A DNA stretch of 64,000 nucleotides from Ostrea edulis (Eukaryota): NCBI RefSeq assembly GCF_947568905.1, contig NC_079172.1, forward strand, positions 60,760,001-60,824,000, in the 5' to 3' direction. Below, piece after piece: positions 63,442 through 64,000 of the stretch; position 1 is the first letter of the stretch; the number at the start of each line of letters is the position of its first letter. The translations under genes were made by a program, and so were the position numbers. The notes under the pieces are model-generated. The model had not been told where the DNA came from. It saw only the letters and a program-made list of their open reading frames with translations, and did not search any database.

Positions 63442-64000
63442 GTACAGAAAGGTCACATGCTGTCTGAATACATCTCTGGTTTTTGGTGTTGTATAGCTAA
63501 CGTTAATTAACTTCACGTCTCCTGGAAAACACTGTTCACTGGGCAATCAGAGTGAATTTTTTTTTTATTTGGCATTTAAATTAATAATTGTTCAGTTTTT
63601 TTTTCTTGACTAACATTTCAAACTCTGAAGAAGATTCTTTATTGTTTTCCATGTCATCTTTCAGTACATTTTTAGATTTGTTATCCAGGTGATTTGATTC
63701 CTGTAGCATTTTGTATAGCTATGCAATATTAGCTGGTTGTATGTGTAATTTCCCAATATTATCTTTATCTATCATAACTATTTCATTCTAAATTATATTT
63801 AACAAAACAAAATATAGTGCATCAATTTTTACTTCAAATAAATTTTCAGTTCTGTTGACTTTTCTTTTCTAATTAGAATTCTGTTTAGCATTCATTGTTC
63901 TTTTGTTGCTCTATCGATACCACACAATTCAGAAAATGCACCCATAAAGCAACAGCAAATTATTTAATGATTTCTGCAGAGTAAAATAATGTTATTTTCT

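Overview
AT-rich intron-containing animal DNA. The repeat families look bivalve/oyster-like, which is my inference. The window holds three diverged SPEF1/CLAMP-family paralogues (CH domain + C-terminal coiled coil; ciliary/flagellar microtubule-binding protein): A (+, 943-22970), B (-, 60767-51710) and C (+, from 61318, running off the window). B and C are head-to-head with 550 bp between start codons. Most of their exons are absent from the ORF track. The locus appears to diversify through duplicated, frame-preserving alternative exons. B has two intact 112-nt copies of CH-domain exon 2, and A has three intact 135-nt copies of the coiled-coil last exon. A also has a candidate alternative first exon and a Cys/Gly/Pro-repeat ORF that could act as a further last exon. 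Between A and B lie a SOCS2/CISH-like gene (-, 43340-42696) with a candidate STAT-site promoter, a 5'-truncated L1/Tx1 LINE with a 14-bp TSD, CR1/L2 and Penelope-like relics, several MITE/foldback elements, SINE-like repeats, many minisatellites and a 258-N assembly gap. All exon models were derived by hand from translation, splice consensus and phase; there is no transcript evidence, and the middle exons of copy A are unresolved.
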